From NCBI GenBank assembly GCA_020137815.1, contig CM035358.1, positions 2,170,001 to 2,234,000 of the forward strand: 64,000 bases of DNA. Direction: 5' to 3'. The DNA is from Hormiphora californensis (lineage: Eukaryota; Animalia; Ctenophora). The notes beneath the pieces are model-generated. The model did not search any database. It saw nothing but the letters and a program-made list of their open reading frames with translations, and had not been told where the DNA came from. Numbering within the stretch: position 1 is the stretch's first letter; each line of letters opens with the position of its first letter. This document shows positions 63,726 through 64,000 of this stretch, in pieces. A program made the translations under genes and the position numbers.

Positions 63726-64000
63726 ATCTCAACTACTATCAGTTGAAAGAGAGTAAGGTGGATTAGTTAAACAGGGTGTGGGGGACGGGGGTAATGTGGA
63801 TTAGTCAAATGTGGGGTGTGGGGGTAAGGTGGGTTAATTATAGGTAAGGGTGGGATCTTGTAGTTTTTAGTTAGTGGAATGATATGGACGACATAAAAAC
63901 AAAGTTTTTGATTGAAAAAAAGAACATGTAAAGTCTACAGTTGATACTTGATTCAAAAAGAATCATTTTTGAGAAAAAACACCCTCGAATAACGAATCAA

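Overview
Intron-rich, gene-dense animal DNA. The repeat families and compact nested layout suggest a cydippid ctenophore (Pleurobrachia/Hormiphora-like); this is an inference. Left part: the 5' end of a rhodopsin-class GPCR (-), many non-autonomous DNA transposons, and a membrane guanylate cyclase lacking a kinase-homology domain (+, 6.8-14.1 kb). From 63.7 kb down to 17.5 kb there are ten tightly spaced genes, all on the minus strand: PSMB6, a GT31 galactosyltransferase, POLR1A, CIAO1, three C2H2 zinc-finger paralogs, MOCS2B, LAMTOR5-like and SMC2. SMC2 introns hold a tRNA-Leu(AAG), a 1.55-kb palindromic element, a very young 8.6-kb non-coding LTR element and an intronless TSP1-repeat membrane protein gene. 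The most striking pattern is six minisatellite arrays in five genes whose repeat unit is a copy of the adjacent splice junction (donor, acceptor, or acceptor plus exon start). Several conserved genes carry 1-nt insertions that are probably assembly errors. Exon boundaries were placed by eye from GT/AG and protein similarity; no searches were run.
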